64,000 nucleotides of DNA from Promethearchaeota archaeon (GCA_016839555.1 JAEOUA010000006.1:512001-576000); one strand, 5' to 3'. Counted from the first letter of the stretch, positions 27,879 through 38,865 are shown. The notes: generated by a model from the sequence alone, not told the origin. Numbers and translations are program-made.

Positions 27879-28114
27879 CGATTTTCACTTCATATCAATA
27901 TTTGTATCGATTCTAATATTGTCCTTAATTTTTTAAATGAAGAGTAAAAAATAAATTTATAGCTTTGAAAAATAATATAAAATCTAATTTATATAAACCA
28001 CAAAATTGTTCATTTCTAATAATTTAAAGAAGAAAACTATAATTCTCGAAAAATTGAAATAGTTTCAAATATTTAAATCACTACTAAAATTAAGCATGTA
28101 ATTATAGGTAAATC

Positions 28115-29038
28115 ATGAAAATTCTCATTTCTGATAAAATACATCAAAAGGGTATCAAAATTTTAGAGGAAAATGGGTTTGAAGTAAGTAAGAAGTTTTC
28201 AATAAGCCAGGAAGATCTTAGAGAAGAGATTGCGAATTATGATGGAATTATTATTCGATCTAATACAAAATTATTCAGTGAGGAGCTTAAAAGATCAAAG
28301 AATTTAAAGGTTATAGGGAGGGCGGGCGTAGGATTGGATAATATTGATGTAGAAGAGGCGGAAAAATTAGGAATAAAAGTATTTAATACATCGAAAGCAC
28401 CTTCCATTTCCGTCGCGGAATTAACGATGGGACTTATAATTAGTTTATTAAGAAATATAACGAAAGCAGATAAAACAATGCATTGTGGAGATTGGTTTAA
28501 AAGGGATTATATGGGTTTTGAACTTAAGGGTAAAAAAATAGGTTTAATTGGTTTTGGGAATATAGGAACGGAAGTAGCTAAAAGAGCAGCAGCATTTGAT
28601 ATGATAATTGGGATATACGATGTAGATAAGAAAGCTAAGCAGAAAGCAAAAGATTTAGGATATATTGTGTATCCCTCTGTTGATGTGCTAATAAAAGAAT
28701 CACAAATTATTTCACTTCATATTCCCTCCACAGTAAAGACGGAAAATACAATAAATGAACGAAGATTAAATTTGATGGATAAAGATAATTTGATCATTAA
28801 TACTGCTAGAGGAAATCTTGTTGATGAAGTGGCCTTATTAAAAGCTTTAAAGGAAAACAAGATAAAAGGTGCTGCTTTAGATGTATTTCGAAGAGAACCT
28901 ATAGATAATATGGATTTATGTAATTTTGAAGGCAATTTAATACTAACTCCTCATATTGGAAGCCAAACAGTTGAAACTCAAGTAAACGCGAGCGTGAGTA
29001 TAGCAAAAAAAGTTTCGAATTATTTAAAAAATTTATAA
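28115..29038 (+). CDS. D-2-hydroxyacid dehydrogenase / short D-3-phosphoglycerate dehydrogenase
   Basis: GRAGVGLDNID, SVAEL, GLIGFGNIG, INTARG, AALDVF, LTPHIGSQT; no ACT domain. Confidence 0.9.
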   Translation: MKILISDKIHQKGIKILEENGFEVSKKFSISQEDLREEIANYDGIIIRSNTKLFSEELKRSKNLKVIGRAGVGLDNIDVEEAEKLGIKVFNTSKAPSISVAELTMGLIISLLRNITKADKTMHCGDWFKRDYMGFELKGKKIGLIGFGNIGTEVAKRAAAFDMIIGIYDVDKKAKQKAKDLGYIVYPSVDVLIKESQIISLHIPSTVKTENTINERRLNLMDKDNLIINTARGNLVDEVALLKALKENKIKGAALDVFRREPIDNMDLCNFEGNLILTPHIGSQTVETQVNASVSIAKKVSNYLKNL

Positions 29039-29114
29039 GAATTATCTTAGTAATAAAATTATAAAACTGCTTTTAATTTATTACATTATAATTCAAACAA
29101 GAATATGATGAATT

Positions 29115-29699
29115 ATGAAATCTGGATACAAATATCTAAAAGAAACATTTGAAAAGCATGAAAAGTCCTACGAGACACCAGAGTGGTATAGGGCAATAAA
29201 ATATAGAAAAGGAAGATCAATCCAGAGGATTGATAAGCCAACAAAAATATACAGAGCAAGAGAGCTCGGATATAAAGCAAAACAGGGTTATATTGTAGTA
29301 AGAGCTCGGATTCGAAAAGGAGGTATGCACAAAATTCGCCCCAAGGGAGGCAGAAAAAATAGAGCCATGGGAGTTTCAAAATATACGACGGGGAAAAATT
29401 TGCAATGGGTTGCTGAAGAGAGAGCACAGAAAAAATTTCCAAATTTAGAAGTGTTAAATAGTTATAAAATTTACTCTGATGGAAAACACCATTATTATGA
29501 AGTCATTTTAGTGGATCCTTATCATCCTGTAATAAAATCCGATCCAAAGATAAATTGGATTTGTGCCCCCTCACATAAAAGAAGAGTAAACAGGGGTAAG
29601 ACATCTGCTGGTAAAAAATCCAGAGGATTATATAAAAAAGGATGGGGTTCGGAAAAAACACGTACAAGTATTAAAGCAAAAAAGAGTCGTAGAAATTAA
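29115..29699 (+). CDS. rpl15e: 50S ribosomal protein eL15
   Basis: RARELGYKAKQGYIVVRARIRKGG, FPNLEVLNSY, YEVILVDP, RGKTSAGKKSRGL. Confidence 0.97.
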   Translation: MKSGYKYLKETFEKHEKSYETPEWYRAIKYRKGRSIQRIDKPTKIYRARELGYKAKQGYIVVRARIRKGGMHKIRPKGGRKNRAMGVSKYTTGKNLQWVAEERAQKKFPNLEVLNSYKIYSDGKHHYYEVILVDPYHPVIKSDPKINWICAPSHKRRVNRGKTSAGKKSRGLYKKGWGSEKTRTSIKAKKSRRN

Positions 29700-29849
29700 G
29701 TTATTTTTCATAAAAGTATTGGAGCCTTTTTTTATCTTTTACTAAAAATCTTAAATTTCCATAATATTAAACTTATTGATTAATGATTTATATTATTTCT
29801 TAAAATATATTTATATAATAAACTAAATCATTAAATTAAGATAATAAAA

Positions 29850-31304
29850 ATGAAAGAATTTGAGCCGAAAATATTGAGTAAAGAAGAATTGAGAAGAATT
29901 TCTTCTGGGATAAATGAAGAGGAAATATTAGAATTTCAAAAGCATTCTTTAAATAATTTTGTAGAACCTTTAACAGTCATGGAGGCTAAGGAACCGGGCT
30001 CTCCATGGGTCAAGGTTATGGATCAGAAAGGGCAATTTAAAGAAATACTCGACTGCACCTCAATGAATTGGACACTAGCTTTAGGTTTTGCTCATCCTGA
30101 TGTTAACTACGCTGCTTTAGAGCAAATGAAAAGATTAACGCATGTTAGATATAATTGTTTAACTCCCGCGAGAGCAAAATTTTGTAATAAACTGGCAGAA
30201 ATTGTACCTGGAAAACTAAAGGGAGGAAAAGTAATATTAAATAATGAAGGTGGAGGTCTTGCCAATGAGGCGGCGATGAAATTAGCGATGATTGCTTCAA
30301 GAGGGGCTGATCATTTTGGAACCTTTTGGCATGGGTATCACGGAAGTTCTCTAATTACAGCAACGTTATCTCAGCCCCTTCATGCGGTTACAAGATTTGA
30401 TTCTTTTGGCATAGGGCATTTCACAAGAATGCCTTATCCCTACTGCTATCGATGCATGTGGAATTATAAGAATGGATTATATGGTGAGAAAGATCCAGAC
30501 TGTAATATGGAGTGCTTTCAAATTGTCGAGAAATACTTAAAGGGTATGGCCCCAAAGAAAATGGCCGGCGTCATTTTAGAACCAATTCAAGGGGCGGGAG
30601 GACAGGTTCCAGCGCCTCCAAAATGGTTAAGAAAATTGAAAGAATTATGTGAAGAAGAAAACATTTATTTGATCTATGATGAATGTCAAACGTGTATGTG
30701 GCGCACTGGTAAGTATTTCACGGTATCTGAGCGATATGAAAAAGAAAGAGGAATAGATGTATCCCCAGATATGATGACATTTACTAAAGCAATTGGAGGT
30801 GGATTTCCGCTTGGTGCCATGATTGCTACTCCAAAAATAAGGAAAACTTTTACGCCCACAGAAGAGCACACCACTTTCAGCTCAAGCCCATTAAGCTGCG
30901 CAACAGGTTTAGCCGCAATTAAAGTTATCCAAAAGGAGAATCTTGGAGAAAATTGTGAAAAGATGGGAAATAAAATCACAAAACGAATGAAAGAGCTTCA
31001 GGAGATATATGAAGTTATTGGCGATATTAGGGGACCAGGATTATTTATAGGTGTTGAGATGGTAAAAGATAGAGAAACAAAAGACCCGTTTACAGAATTA
31101 GTTGAGGAAATGATTCTTTTAGCCCCAGAATATAATTTATATTTGGGAGAATCAATGCCCATTTTATCTGCTCGAGGAGAATTGCTTATGAGAAATGTGT
31201 TGAAAATCAAGCCTCCTTTAGTGATAACAGAAGAAGATACAGAATTTATCATGGAAAATTTCGAGAAAGTGCTCAAAGAAGCTTTAAACAAGGTTGAAAA
31301 ATAA
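29850..31304 (+). CDS. Class III PLP-dependent aminotransferase
   Basis: ANEAAMK, GYHG, EPIQGAGG, DECQT, FTKAIGGGFPLGA, DIRGPGLFIGVE. Confidence 0.9.
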   Translation: MKEFEPKILSKEELRRISSGINEEEILEFQKHSLNNFVEPLTVMEAKEPGSPWVKVMDQKGQFKEILDCTSMNWTLALGFAHPDVNYAALEQMKRLTHVRYNCLTPARAKFCNKLAEIVPGKLKGGKVILNNEGGGLANEAAMKLAMIASRGADHFGTFWHGYHGSSLITATLSQPLHAVTRFDSFGIGHFTRMPYPYCYRCMWNYKNGLYGEKDPDCNMECFQIVEKYLKGMAPKKMAGVILEPIQGAGGQVPAPPKWLRKLKELCEEENIYLIYDECQTCMWRTGKYFTVSERYEKERGIDVSPDMMTFTKAIGGGFPLGAMIATPKIRKTFTPTEEHTTFSSSPLSCATGLAAIKVIQKENLGENCEKMGNKITKRMKELQEIYEVIGDIRGPGLFIGVEMVKDRETKDPFTELVEEMILLAPEYNLYLGESMPILSARGELLMRNVLKIKPPLVITEEDTEFIMENFEKVLKEALNKVEK

Positions 31305-31384
31305 ATAATCCTTTGTAAATACTTTTTCTTTTTTTCTTTAATTATAAGATTTATAGAAAGTAAAAATAGGATAAAAAAAAGGAA

Positions 31385-32191
31385 TTAAAATTTATTTATT
31401 GAGATTGTCATTCCCCCATCAAGAATGATATTTTGCCCTGTAATATAATTTGCTTGCGGAGATGCTAAAAATAATGCAATATCTGCGACCCAATCAGGAT
31501 CACCTATTTTATCAATGGGTAATTTCACATTTCGACTATCTAAAAATTGCCGAATTAGTTTTGGGTCATTATTATAAATCGGCGTTAAAAACACACCAGG
31601 AGAGATTGCGTTCACTGTAATATCGCTAGAACCTAGTTCAAGAGCCCAGAGTTTTGTGAATGCTATCAAGCCTGCCTTACTCGCACTATATATCCCAATG
31701 AGTGGATTTAGACCATTTTGAGTCCCGGCACAAGAAGCAATATTGATTATTTTTCCTCTAACTGGTTTAAACTGTCTTTGTCTCTTCATATTTCTAAAGA
31801 AAGATTTTGTGACATTCCAAGCACCTTTTAAATTTACCCCCATAACACTATCATATACCTTCTCTTTTGCTTTTAATGAACTATAGAGCCCACCATCAAT
31901 TCCCGCATTATTAATCAAAAGAAATATATTATCAAAGGTATCAAAAACTTCTTTTGCCATGTTTTTAACTTGACCTGAATCAGAGATATCTGCTTTAATT
32001 GTTTTAATCTTCACATTATATTGTTGTTGAATTATTTTTTTCGACTCCTTAAGTCCCTCTTCATTAATGTCATTAAGAACTAAGTCGGAACCTTTTGAGG
32101 CAAAAGCCTTAGCCATACGACGTCCAAAACCATCACTTCCAGCTCCCGTGATTAACGCAACTTTTCCTTCTAAAAATTTTTGTTCAGACAT
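31385..32191 (-). CDS. Short-chain dehydrogenase/reductase
   Basis: TGAGSDGFG, NNAG, YSASK, NAISPG, ITGQ..LDGG. Confidence 0.92.
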   Translation of the reverse strand: MSEQKFLEGKVALITGAGSDGFGRRMAKAFASKGSDLVLNDINEEGLKESKKIIQQQYNVKIKTIKADISDSGQVKNMAKEVFDTFDNIFLLINNAGIDGGLYSSLKAKEKVYDSVMGVNLKGAWNVTKSFFRNMKRQRQFKPVRGKIINIASCAGTQNGLNPLIGIYSASKAGLIAFTKLWALELGSSDITVNAISPGVFLTPIYNNDPKLIRQFLDSRNVKLPIDKIGDPDWVADIALFLASPQANYITGQNIILDGGMTISINKF

Positions 32192-32295
32192 AAGTATTTC
32201 CTCTTTTTTTATTTAATTAAAATATCATTTTCTATAAAAAAATTTTAATTATTTCTTTTATTCAACTATAAAAATATAATAAAAAAATGAAAAAT

Positions 32296-34077
32296 TTAAG
32301 GATTTTTGAATAATCCCTTACTTTTCTTGTAGAGCCCGATAATTTTCATAGCGGGGGGAGTCTCGAAGGCCACATCCACATCGATAACTGTTGGATTTCC
32401 AGACTCCTTCGCTCTTTGTAATGCAGGTTTTATTTGATCGGGATCTTCGATTTTTTCCCCATAACAGCCAAACCCTTTTGCGATTTCCGCATAATTCGTA
32501 GAAGGGAAGTCAACATCACAATATCTTTTTCCTAAATTATTTTTTTGATTCGATTTAATCATTCCCCAGCAAGAATTATTTGCTACCACAACAATAATGG
32601 GTAAATTTAAGCGAACAGCAGTATCAAGATCCTGGACATTAAACATGAAGCTCCCATCTCCAGAAAGACAGACCACATCTTTATCAGGCTTAGCAATTTG
32701 AGCCCCAATAGCATGAGGGATCCCTGTCCCTAAGTGTCCCATAGTTATTGGATAATAGGTACATCGTGGTTGCCTTGGAAAATTACTTAATAACCCGAAT
32801 GTAAATACAGCAATATCTCCTCCATCTAAAACAAATTGAGTATCTGGTTTTATAAAGTCCAAAACTTCATATGCCAGTCTCTGTGGCTTCATTGGACGTT
32901 TATCTGATTTTAGTATTTTTTGGATCAATATTCGATCTTCTTGCTTAAGTTCTGTAAGATATTGATTCCACTCGTTCCAAGTTGTTATTTTATCCTTAGA
33001 TAGTGCCTCCTCCATTTCTAATAGGAGCTGATCAATGATTATTTTAGCATCCCCAATAAGCGAAACATCTACAGGTCTGTTTTTACCAATTTTTTCTGGA
33101 TCAATATCATTTTGAACTAATTTTTGATTTTGATTCCAAATAGGTGGTGCTCCATAAAGCAAAGTATAATCCCATTTTGCCCCAAAAGAGATCACCAAAT
33201 CTGCTTGAGAAGCTGCTGTTCTAAATGCATTATTTGTTAAGTATGACCCAATATATGTGTCTTTATCGGTGGAGATCGCTCCAATGCCATTAATTGTGGT
33301 AGCACCGGGAATTCTATATTTTTGAGATAGTTTTATAACATTTTCAGAGGCTCCAGAAGCTATAGCCCCTCCTCCCGCGATAATTATCGGTTTTTCTGCA
33401 TTTTTTAAGAGTTCCACTGTTTCTTTAATTAAGCTAGGATTTCCTGACGGCCTATATAAGGGTCTATATTTTTCTGGTGGAACAATGTCCTTAAAATATT
33501 GTTCTTTTGCATCCCTCACGAGAGCTGTTTCTCGTAATTCTAAGAATACGGGTCCTCTTCTCCCAGACATGGCAGCTTTCATTGCTCTCTGAACGGCTTT
33601 CGGGATTTCATAAGGATCTTCGACAGAAATTTGTTCTTTAGTGATTGGTTCCATTAATTTCATCTGATCTAATCCTCCTTGTAAAATTCCACTATCATCG
33701 AACATACGGGCAATTTGAGCACCAATCACTAATAATGGAATTGAGTCTGCCCAAGCTGCAGCTACTGCGGGAACTAAATGAGTTACCCCTGGTCCTGCGG
33801 TGCCCATGCAAACTCCAATCTCTCCAGTGGCGCGCGCCCAAGCATCTGCAGCATGCCCTCCTGCTTGTTCATGCCGCATCATTACAGTATCGATTCCTTC
33901 TTCACGACCCCATCTTTTTATCGCGTCATAAATCCTTAAGAGTTCCCCTCCAACAATCCCAAAAATTTTTGTAATACCTTCATTTAGAAGGCATTCTACA
34001 AAAAGGTCTCCTCCTTTATTTTTTTCTTCAGTATATACCATATGTATAATTAGAAGAAATGAAAAATAAACTTTCAC
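32296..34077 (-). CDS. ThDP-dependent enzyme, acetolactate synthase/2-hydroxyacyl-CoA lyase-like
   Basis: RHEQAGGHAADAWAR, GPGVT, GPVFLE, GDGSFMFN ... NN ThDP motif; real start probably MVYTEE (about 34041). Confidence 0.88.
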   Translation of the reverse strand: MKVYFSFLLIIHMVYTEEKNKGGDLFVECLLNEGITKIFGIVGGELLRIYDAIKRWGREEGIDTVMMRHEQAGGHAADAWARATGEIGVCMGTAGPGVTHLVPAVAAAWADSIPLLVIGAQIARMFDDSGILQGGLDQMKLMEPITKEQISVEDPYEIPKAVQRAMKAAMSGRRGPVFLELRETALVRDAKEQYFKDIVPPEKYRPLYRPSGNPSLIKETVELLKNAEKPIIIAGGGAIASGASENVIKLSQKYRIPGATTINGIGAISTDKDTYIGSYLTNNAFRTAASQADLVISFGAKWDYTLLYGAPPIWNQNQKLVQNDIDPEKIGKNRPVDVSLIGDAKIIIDQLLLEMEEALSKDKITTWNEWNQYLTELKQEDRILIQKILKSDKRPMKPQRLAYEVLDFIKPDTQFVLDGGDIAVFTFGLLSNFPRQPRCTYYPITMGHLGTGIPHAIGAQIAKPDKDVVCLSGDGSFMFNVQDLDTAVRLNLPIIVVVANNSCWGMIKSNQKNNLGKRYCDVDFPSTNYAEIAKGFGCYGEKIEDPDQIKPALQRAKESGNPTVIDVDVAFETPPAMKIIGLYKKSKGLFKNP

Positions 34078-34129
34078 TTAATATATAATTTAGAGGGTAA
34101 ATTATAGAAAAAGATAAAGAAAAAAATCT

Positions 34130-34588
34130 TTAAAACTCAATAAGTTCGATATAATAACCTAAAGTATTTTTGGTATCTAAATATCTGAATGTTAATTTCC
34201 CCACTTTTCCAGTTTGAATGACATCAATATTGAATTGGTTTTTAAACTCATTAATAAATTTCTCACTATCTTTCACGTATATTCCTAAATGATGTAATCC
34301 CTCCCTATTTTCTTCTAAAAATTCAGTATAGAGATTTGGTCCTGTGGCTTCAATAACTTCAACAATTTCTAATTGTTTGCCTCCAAAAAAATCCATAATT
34401 TTTTTCATTTTATAGGTTCCTTCTTGACCTCGACAAACCACAGAAGCATCTTGTTCAACGATATTACATCCTCCTTTAAAATTGAAAAGATCTCCATATA
34501 ATTTAGCAGATGCTTCAATGTCTCGAACCAGAATTCCGATCTGGTCAAATTTTTCTAATTTTATATCTTTATTACTCATAATTTTCAC
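34130..34588 (-). CDS. VOC/glyoxalase family protein (methylmalonyl-CoA epimerase-like)
   Basis: DQIGILVRD, LEIVE, EGLHHLG, YLDT..TLGYYIELI. Confidence 0.85.
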   Translation of the reverse strand: MKIMSNKDIKLEKFDQIGILVRDIEASAKLYGDLFNFKGGCNIVEQDASVVCRGQEGTYKMKKIMDFFGGKQLEIVEVIEATGPNLYTEFLEENREGLHHLGIYVKDSEKFINEFKNQFNIDVIQTGKVGKLTFRYLDTKNTLGYYIELIEF

Positions 34589-34598
34589 ATTTTAATAA

Positions 34599-35897
34599 TT
34601 AATATACTTTTGGATAAAACTCTAATTTTCCAGTTGGTTCTTTTAATATAAACTCTCTATTTAAAATCATCTTTTTTAATTTGTTGGCTAATTGAATTGC
34701 TCCATGTCTGTCAGATTGCCTAAGAACCACAGGAATTTTTTTTTTCTCTTTCATTCCCTTTAATTTCACATCCACACTTTTCAAATCCGCTTTAAACGCA
34801 TCTTCAGGACAAACCACAAAACATGTGCCACAATTAAAACACCTACTTCTGTCTATGCCTTTTTTTAAGTCAAATGCATTTGTCGGGCATTTTTCCTCAG
34901 AAGGGCAATAATCGCAATCGATACATTTTTCCGGATCAAATTCTACAACAAAATTATTATCCCATACATCTCCATATGTTATTTCCCCTACATCAAATCT
35001 TCCAACTACATTTAAAACTCTAAGAGGTACTTGTTTATCAGATTTCCTGATATTATTCCATATTCTTTCATTTAAAATAGGAATAGGCACTGCAATTGAA
35101 CAAATACTTTCTAACCCATAAGACGTCCTAAAAGCACCCATAAAATTTGGATCCATTCCTCTAAAATCACAGATTGTTTGCATATTTGGTTTTAATCTAT
35201 CATTTCTTGTTCCCGGACCAATAACATATCCAATTTGTCCGTTTACCAGGATGTTTGTACCCATTCCGATTATGTCTGCATTTGGATCATTTTGAAAAGG
35301 ATTTAATGCACCACAACCAGAAAAAGTTAATTGAGAAAAATTTCCCTTGAGTGGGAGCACAGAAAAAATAGTTTCTACGTCATTATCCGTTGGATTTACC
35401 ATTGCAAAATAGTTTTTTATAGATTGTCTAGTCCCCATTAGTCTAGCAAATTGAAAATCATCAAGAGCTAACTGTTTTTCAATTACTAAACCCTCTACAC
35501 TTTTTGCGATTACTTTTACAGATTTACCTTCAACTAAATCTCGAAAAAGCATGCCACCAGAGTAGTTTTTGCGGGTTGTACTGTGCGCGGTCCCATATAA
35601 GATCAAATCAATAATTCCTAGAAATTCATTTGGACAAGGTCCGGGATATCCCGGAATACCATTCATACTTACATCAATAAACTTTCTAACTTTCTTAGGA
35701 GGAGTTATTCTAAAAGAAAAGATACCCGAGATTCCAGACATTAAAGCTTTAGTAGCTGTTGTCACTATATCGACATCCTCAAATTTAACTTTTTCTCCAT
35801 CGTCTAATTTATCAATTAGTTCTTGCACAGTTAATACTTTTGCATTCCCTTTTTTAATACGTGAATTAATTTCATCCAGTGTTCTTTTTTTAGGCAA
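34599..35897 (-). CDS. DUF39/homocysteine-biosynthesis-family protein with C-terminal ferredoxin (methanogenesis marker 16-like)
   Basis: RTLDEINSRIKKGNAKVLT, DIVTTAT, GPCPNE, FSGCGALNPFQNDP; CIDCDYC..KCP and CFNCGTC..CP Fe-S motifs. Confidence 0.8.
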   Translation of the reverse strand: MPKKRTLDEINSRIKKGNAKVLTVQELIDKLDDGEKVKFEDVDIVTTATKALMSGISGIFSFRITPPKKVRKFIDVSMNGIPGYPGPCPNEFLGIIDLILYGTAHSTTRKNYSGGMLFRDLVEGKSVKVIAKSVEGLVIEKQLALDDFQFARLMGTRQSIKNYFAMVNPTDNDVETIFSVLPLKGNFSQLTFSGCGALNPFQNDPNADIIGMGTNILVNGQIGYVIGPGTRNDRLKPNMQTICDFRGMDPNFMGAFRTSYGLESICSIAVPIPILNERIWNNIRKSDKQVPLRVLNVVGRFDVGEITYGDVWDNNFVVEFDPEKCIDCDYCPSEEKCPTNAFDLKKGIDRSRCFNCGTCFVVCPEDAFKADLKSVDVKLKGMKEKKKIPVVLRQSDRHGAIQLANKLKKMILNREFILKEPTGKLEFYPKVY

Positions 35898-36038
35898 GGC
35901 TATCCATCAACTAATAAAAAAACTCTAAATTTTTTATAAATAAATATTATAAATTGATAATTAAAAGAAAATAGGAAAAAATAAAAATTTTTTAAAAATT
36001 TTTAAAAGAATTGAAAATAAAATTGAGGTTTTAAATAA

Positions 36039-36749
36039 TTGTCATATTTTGAATCAAGATTAAAAGTGAATTTTAAAAACTTAGATGAGATTAATGAAAA
36101 GCTTAAATTATGTGAGCAATTAAGGATAAGAAATTTGATATTAGAACCTAAAAATAATTTATTAGAGATTAATCCAAAGATTAAAGATTCTCTACAAAAA
36201 TTAACAGAGATTAATCTATTTTATCGAATCACATTATTAGATAAAAATTTAAAAGAGCTCAAAAAGCATATAAAATTATGTAAAAACAATCCTGAAATAA
36301 TATCCATTGAATCTACTAGTCAAGATATACAGAAATATGCTGCAACGGATACCAGAATAGATTTAATATCATTTAGTGATTATAATGTGTTAAAAACATT
36401 TTCAAAAGGTGTTTTATCCTTGGCAAATCAAAATAATAAATTTATAGAATTCAGCTTAACTCCAATTATGAGTAATTATCGATCATATCAATCGAAAGCA
36501 TTCAGAAAATTGCATCGCTCAATAAAATTGGCCATAAATTCTCATGCAAAATTTATTATAAGCGGAAATTTTAATAATTTATATGATCTAAGGAACCCTA
36601 GAGCTCTCATAAGTATATGCCATACATTACTTGGAATACCTTTAGGAGAAGCTAAAAAAGCATTTAGCAATAATGTTAAAGCATTATTAAAAAAAGCGGA
36701 ACAAAGAAGTAATAAATTCATATTTGAAAATGGTGTTGAGTTAATATGA
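36039..36749 (+). CDS. rnp3: Ribonuclease P protein Rpp30
   Basis: RIDLIS, IEFSL, ISGN..NLYDLRNPRAL motifs; overlaps pop5. Confidence 0.85.
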   Translation: MSYFESRLKVNFKNLDEINEKLKLCEQLRIRNLILEPKNNLLEINPKIKDSLQKLTEINLFYRITLLDKNLKELKKHIKLCKNNPEIISIESTSQDIQKYAATDTRIDLISFSDYNVLKTFSKGVLSLANQNNKFIEFSLTPIMSNYRSYQSKAFRKLHRSIKLAINSHAKFIISGNFNNLYDLRNPRALISICHTLLGIPLGEAKKAFSNNVKALLKKAEQRSNKFIFENGVELI

Positions 36750-37084
36750 TTAAAAAAGAAAAGCAAAGATATATCTTATTCAAAATCATAACAGAACCCG
36801 AAACGAAACTAACTATATTGAACAAGAAAGATTTTCTCGAAATCTTATGGAGTGTGATTTGGAATTATTTTGGAATGAATACAGCAAATAAAATGGGATT
36901 ATGGTTAGCAGAATTTGATTGGAATAAAAGATATGGAATTATTAGGTGCTCTCATATCACCAAAGAGATAACCATCTCTGCGCTCAGTTTGATTAAGAAA
37001 ATAAATAATGAAAGAATTGTTATAACACCCATTAAAACTTCAGGAGTTATCAATAAAATTCAAAAGATGGTAGATAATTTGTAA
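36746..37084 (+). CDS. rnp2: Ribonuclease P protein Pop5
   Basis: KQRYILFKI, YFG, GIIRCSH, KTSGVINK. Confidence 0.88.
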   Translation: MIKKEKQRYILFKIITEPETKLTILNKKDFLEILWSVIWNYFGMNTANKMGLWLAEFDWNKRYGIIRCSHITKEITISALSLIKKINNERIVITPIKTSGVINKIQKMVDNL

Positions 37085-37338
37085 ATAAATATATTACTAA
37101 AATCAAAAAATATCAAAAAATTAGTTAAATATATAAAAATCATAAAAAAAGATTCATAAAAAGCAAATAAAATTTTAAAATGGCAATAAGATTCACATTC
37201 TGGGATTAATTCTTAAAATAATAAACTTCATAATGAATTTTATATTAATATTTAACTAATTATTAAAAAGGATAAATTATATAATGAATTAAAAAATATA
37301 TCAAAAAATATTAAATTTGAAAAATAGGGTAAAAATAT

Positions 37339-37785
37339 TTGAAGAAATGGCAGATAACTTTAAAATATGAGAAAAAAAAGGAAAAAACTTTAGAATTATT
37401 TGATGCGCGACGATATTTTGATGGTTATTTAAGAATAAAAAGAAGCTATTTTAATGGATTATTAAAGACAATAAATAAAACTAGGAATTATTTTAGCGGT
37501 AGGGCTATTGAAAAAGTAGTTTCTCCTAAAAATGAGGATTGGACTTTAAATCCATGGATCTTATTAATAATTAAAGATAAAGAGAAGCAAAAGCGTTTTT
37601 GGTTTTTGATCAAAAGAGAAGAGGATTTATCAGGCCTCTTAATTGCAATAGGTCCCAAAGAATTTGCAGATTATAATTATACCAATTCTGAAGCAAAAAG
37701 GGAAATAATGAGGATCTTTAATTATATTGTTGCTTATCTAAATAAATTTAATTGCATTATTCTCCTGCCTAATTATCTCTCATAA
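37339..37785 (+). CDS. Hypothetical protein
   Basis: 148-aa ORF with protein-like composition; no recognised motif. Confidence 0.65.
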   Translation: MKKWQITLKYEKKKEKTLELFDARRYFDGYLRIKRSYFNGLLKTINKTRNYFSGRAIEKVVSPKNEDWTLNPWILLIIKDKEKQKRFWFLIKREEDLSGLLIAIGPKEFADYNYTNSEAKREIMRIFNYIVAYLNKFNCIILLPNYLS

Positions 37786-37989
37786 CTTTTCAATATTTAT
37801 CCTTATTCTAAATCTAATTAGCTAATTTTTTGTAATTTTACTCGAATTATCAGAAATTTTACTAATAATTGAAAGATAGATTTCAAGAAAAAAATTTTAA
37901 ATTAAAACACTATTATTCCTTAATAATATAATTCTGCTTAATATGAAAAAAAATAAAGAAGAAAAAAGTAAAGAAAGTGCATAAAAGAT

Positions 37990-38865
37990 TTGAGTGAAAA
38001 GGGCTCTAAAATTTTAATTATATTTCTATTAACTAATATTTTTCTAATATCAATGTTGTTTCCCACGACTGTAAAGGCCCAGGAGAAAGAAATTGCACCT
38101 GGTTTTGGATTCCCTCCGTTTATTAATGGCAAAGTGGATAGCTATATAGGTGAATGGAGTTGGGCAAGTTCTCAAACAGTCCCTATAAAAACAAATCCAA
38201 GTGATAAAGGTCTAAATATAACTGTGAAGGCCCTCCAATTTTTAGATAATCTATACATTTTATGTCAATATGAGTTAGAGCCCAATAGTATTGAAAAGAA
38301 TGAATTTTTAGGACTTCTGATTTCTGAAACAGATTCAGATGATATTAATAATTTAACAGATGGAAAAATAATAAAGATTTCTAATTCTCAAGATTCTTTT
38401 AGTGATTATTATATTGATGATTTTAATTTTACTGAGGAATCACCTCAAGAAGTAGATGGAATAGGTGCTGGAACTAATAAAACGAGCAAAGAGGGATATA
38501 TTCTAATGACTTATGAATTTAAGATACCTTTAAATCCTAAAAATCAAAAGAATCAAAAATTAGAATATGGAAATAATTATTCTTTTACAATATGTCAAGG
38601 TAATAATTTCACACTAATGGAAGGAGTTCCGGAAGGTATTATAAGAAATAATAGCATTATAGTAAAAATAGAAAAGCCATCAATAATTTTTTATATATTA
38701 TTATATAATCTTTTTAATCCCCCAACTGAAATAAATTATAATGAAGTAGTAACTATCGTTTTAAAGATTATCATTTTTGGTATCGTTTATCTTGCTTTTT
38801 TTAGCTATGTTTTTAAAATTATATTTTCATTTAGAAAACAGATTCGGAGGATTAAAAAAATATAA
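37990..38865 (+). CDS. Secreted, membrane-anchored protein, DOMON/CBM9-like
   Basis: N-terminal signal, PFINGKVD..GEW motif, NLYIL, YEFKIPL, C-terminal TM helix. Confidence 0.6.
   Translation: MSEKGSKILIIFLLTNIFLISMLFPTTVKAQEKEIAPGFGFPPFINGKVDSYIGEWSWASSQTVPIKTNPSDKGLNITVKALQFLDNLYILCQYELEPNSIEKNEFLGLLISETDSDDINNLTDGKIIKISNSQDSFSDYYIDDFNFTEESPQEVDGIGAGTNKTSKEGYILMTYEFKIPLNPKNQKNQKLEYGNNYSFTICQGNNFTLMEGVPEGIIRNNSIIVKIEKPSIIFYILLYNLFNPPTEINYNEVVTIVLKIIIFGIVYLAFFSYVFKIIFSFRKQIRRIKKI

Noticed and set aside
29850-31304. Aminotransferase as the missing lysJ
   Set aside because: Longer than LysJ, with a Cys-rich insert, 23 kb away and in a different gene context; the family is too broad to assign
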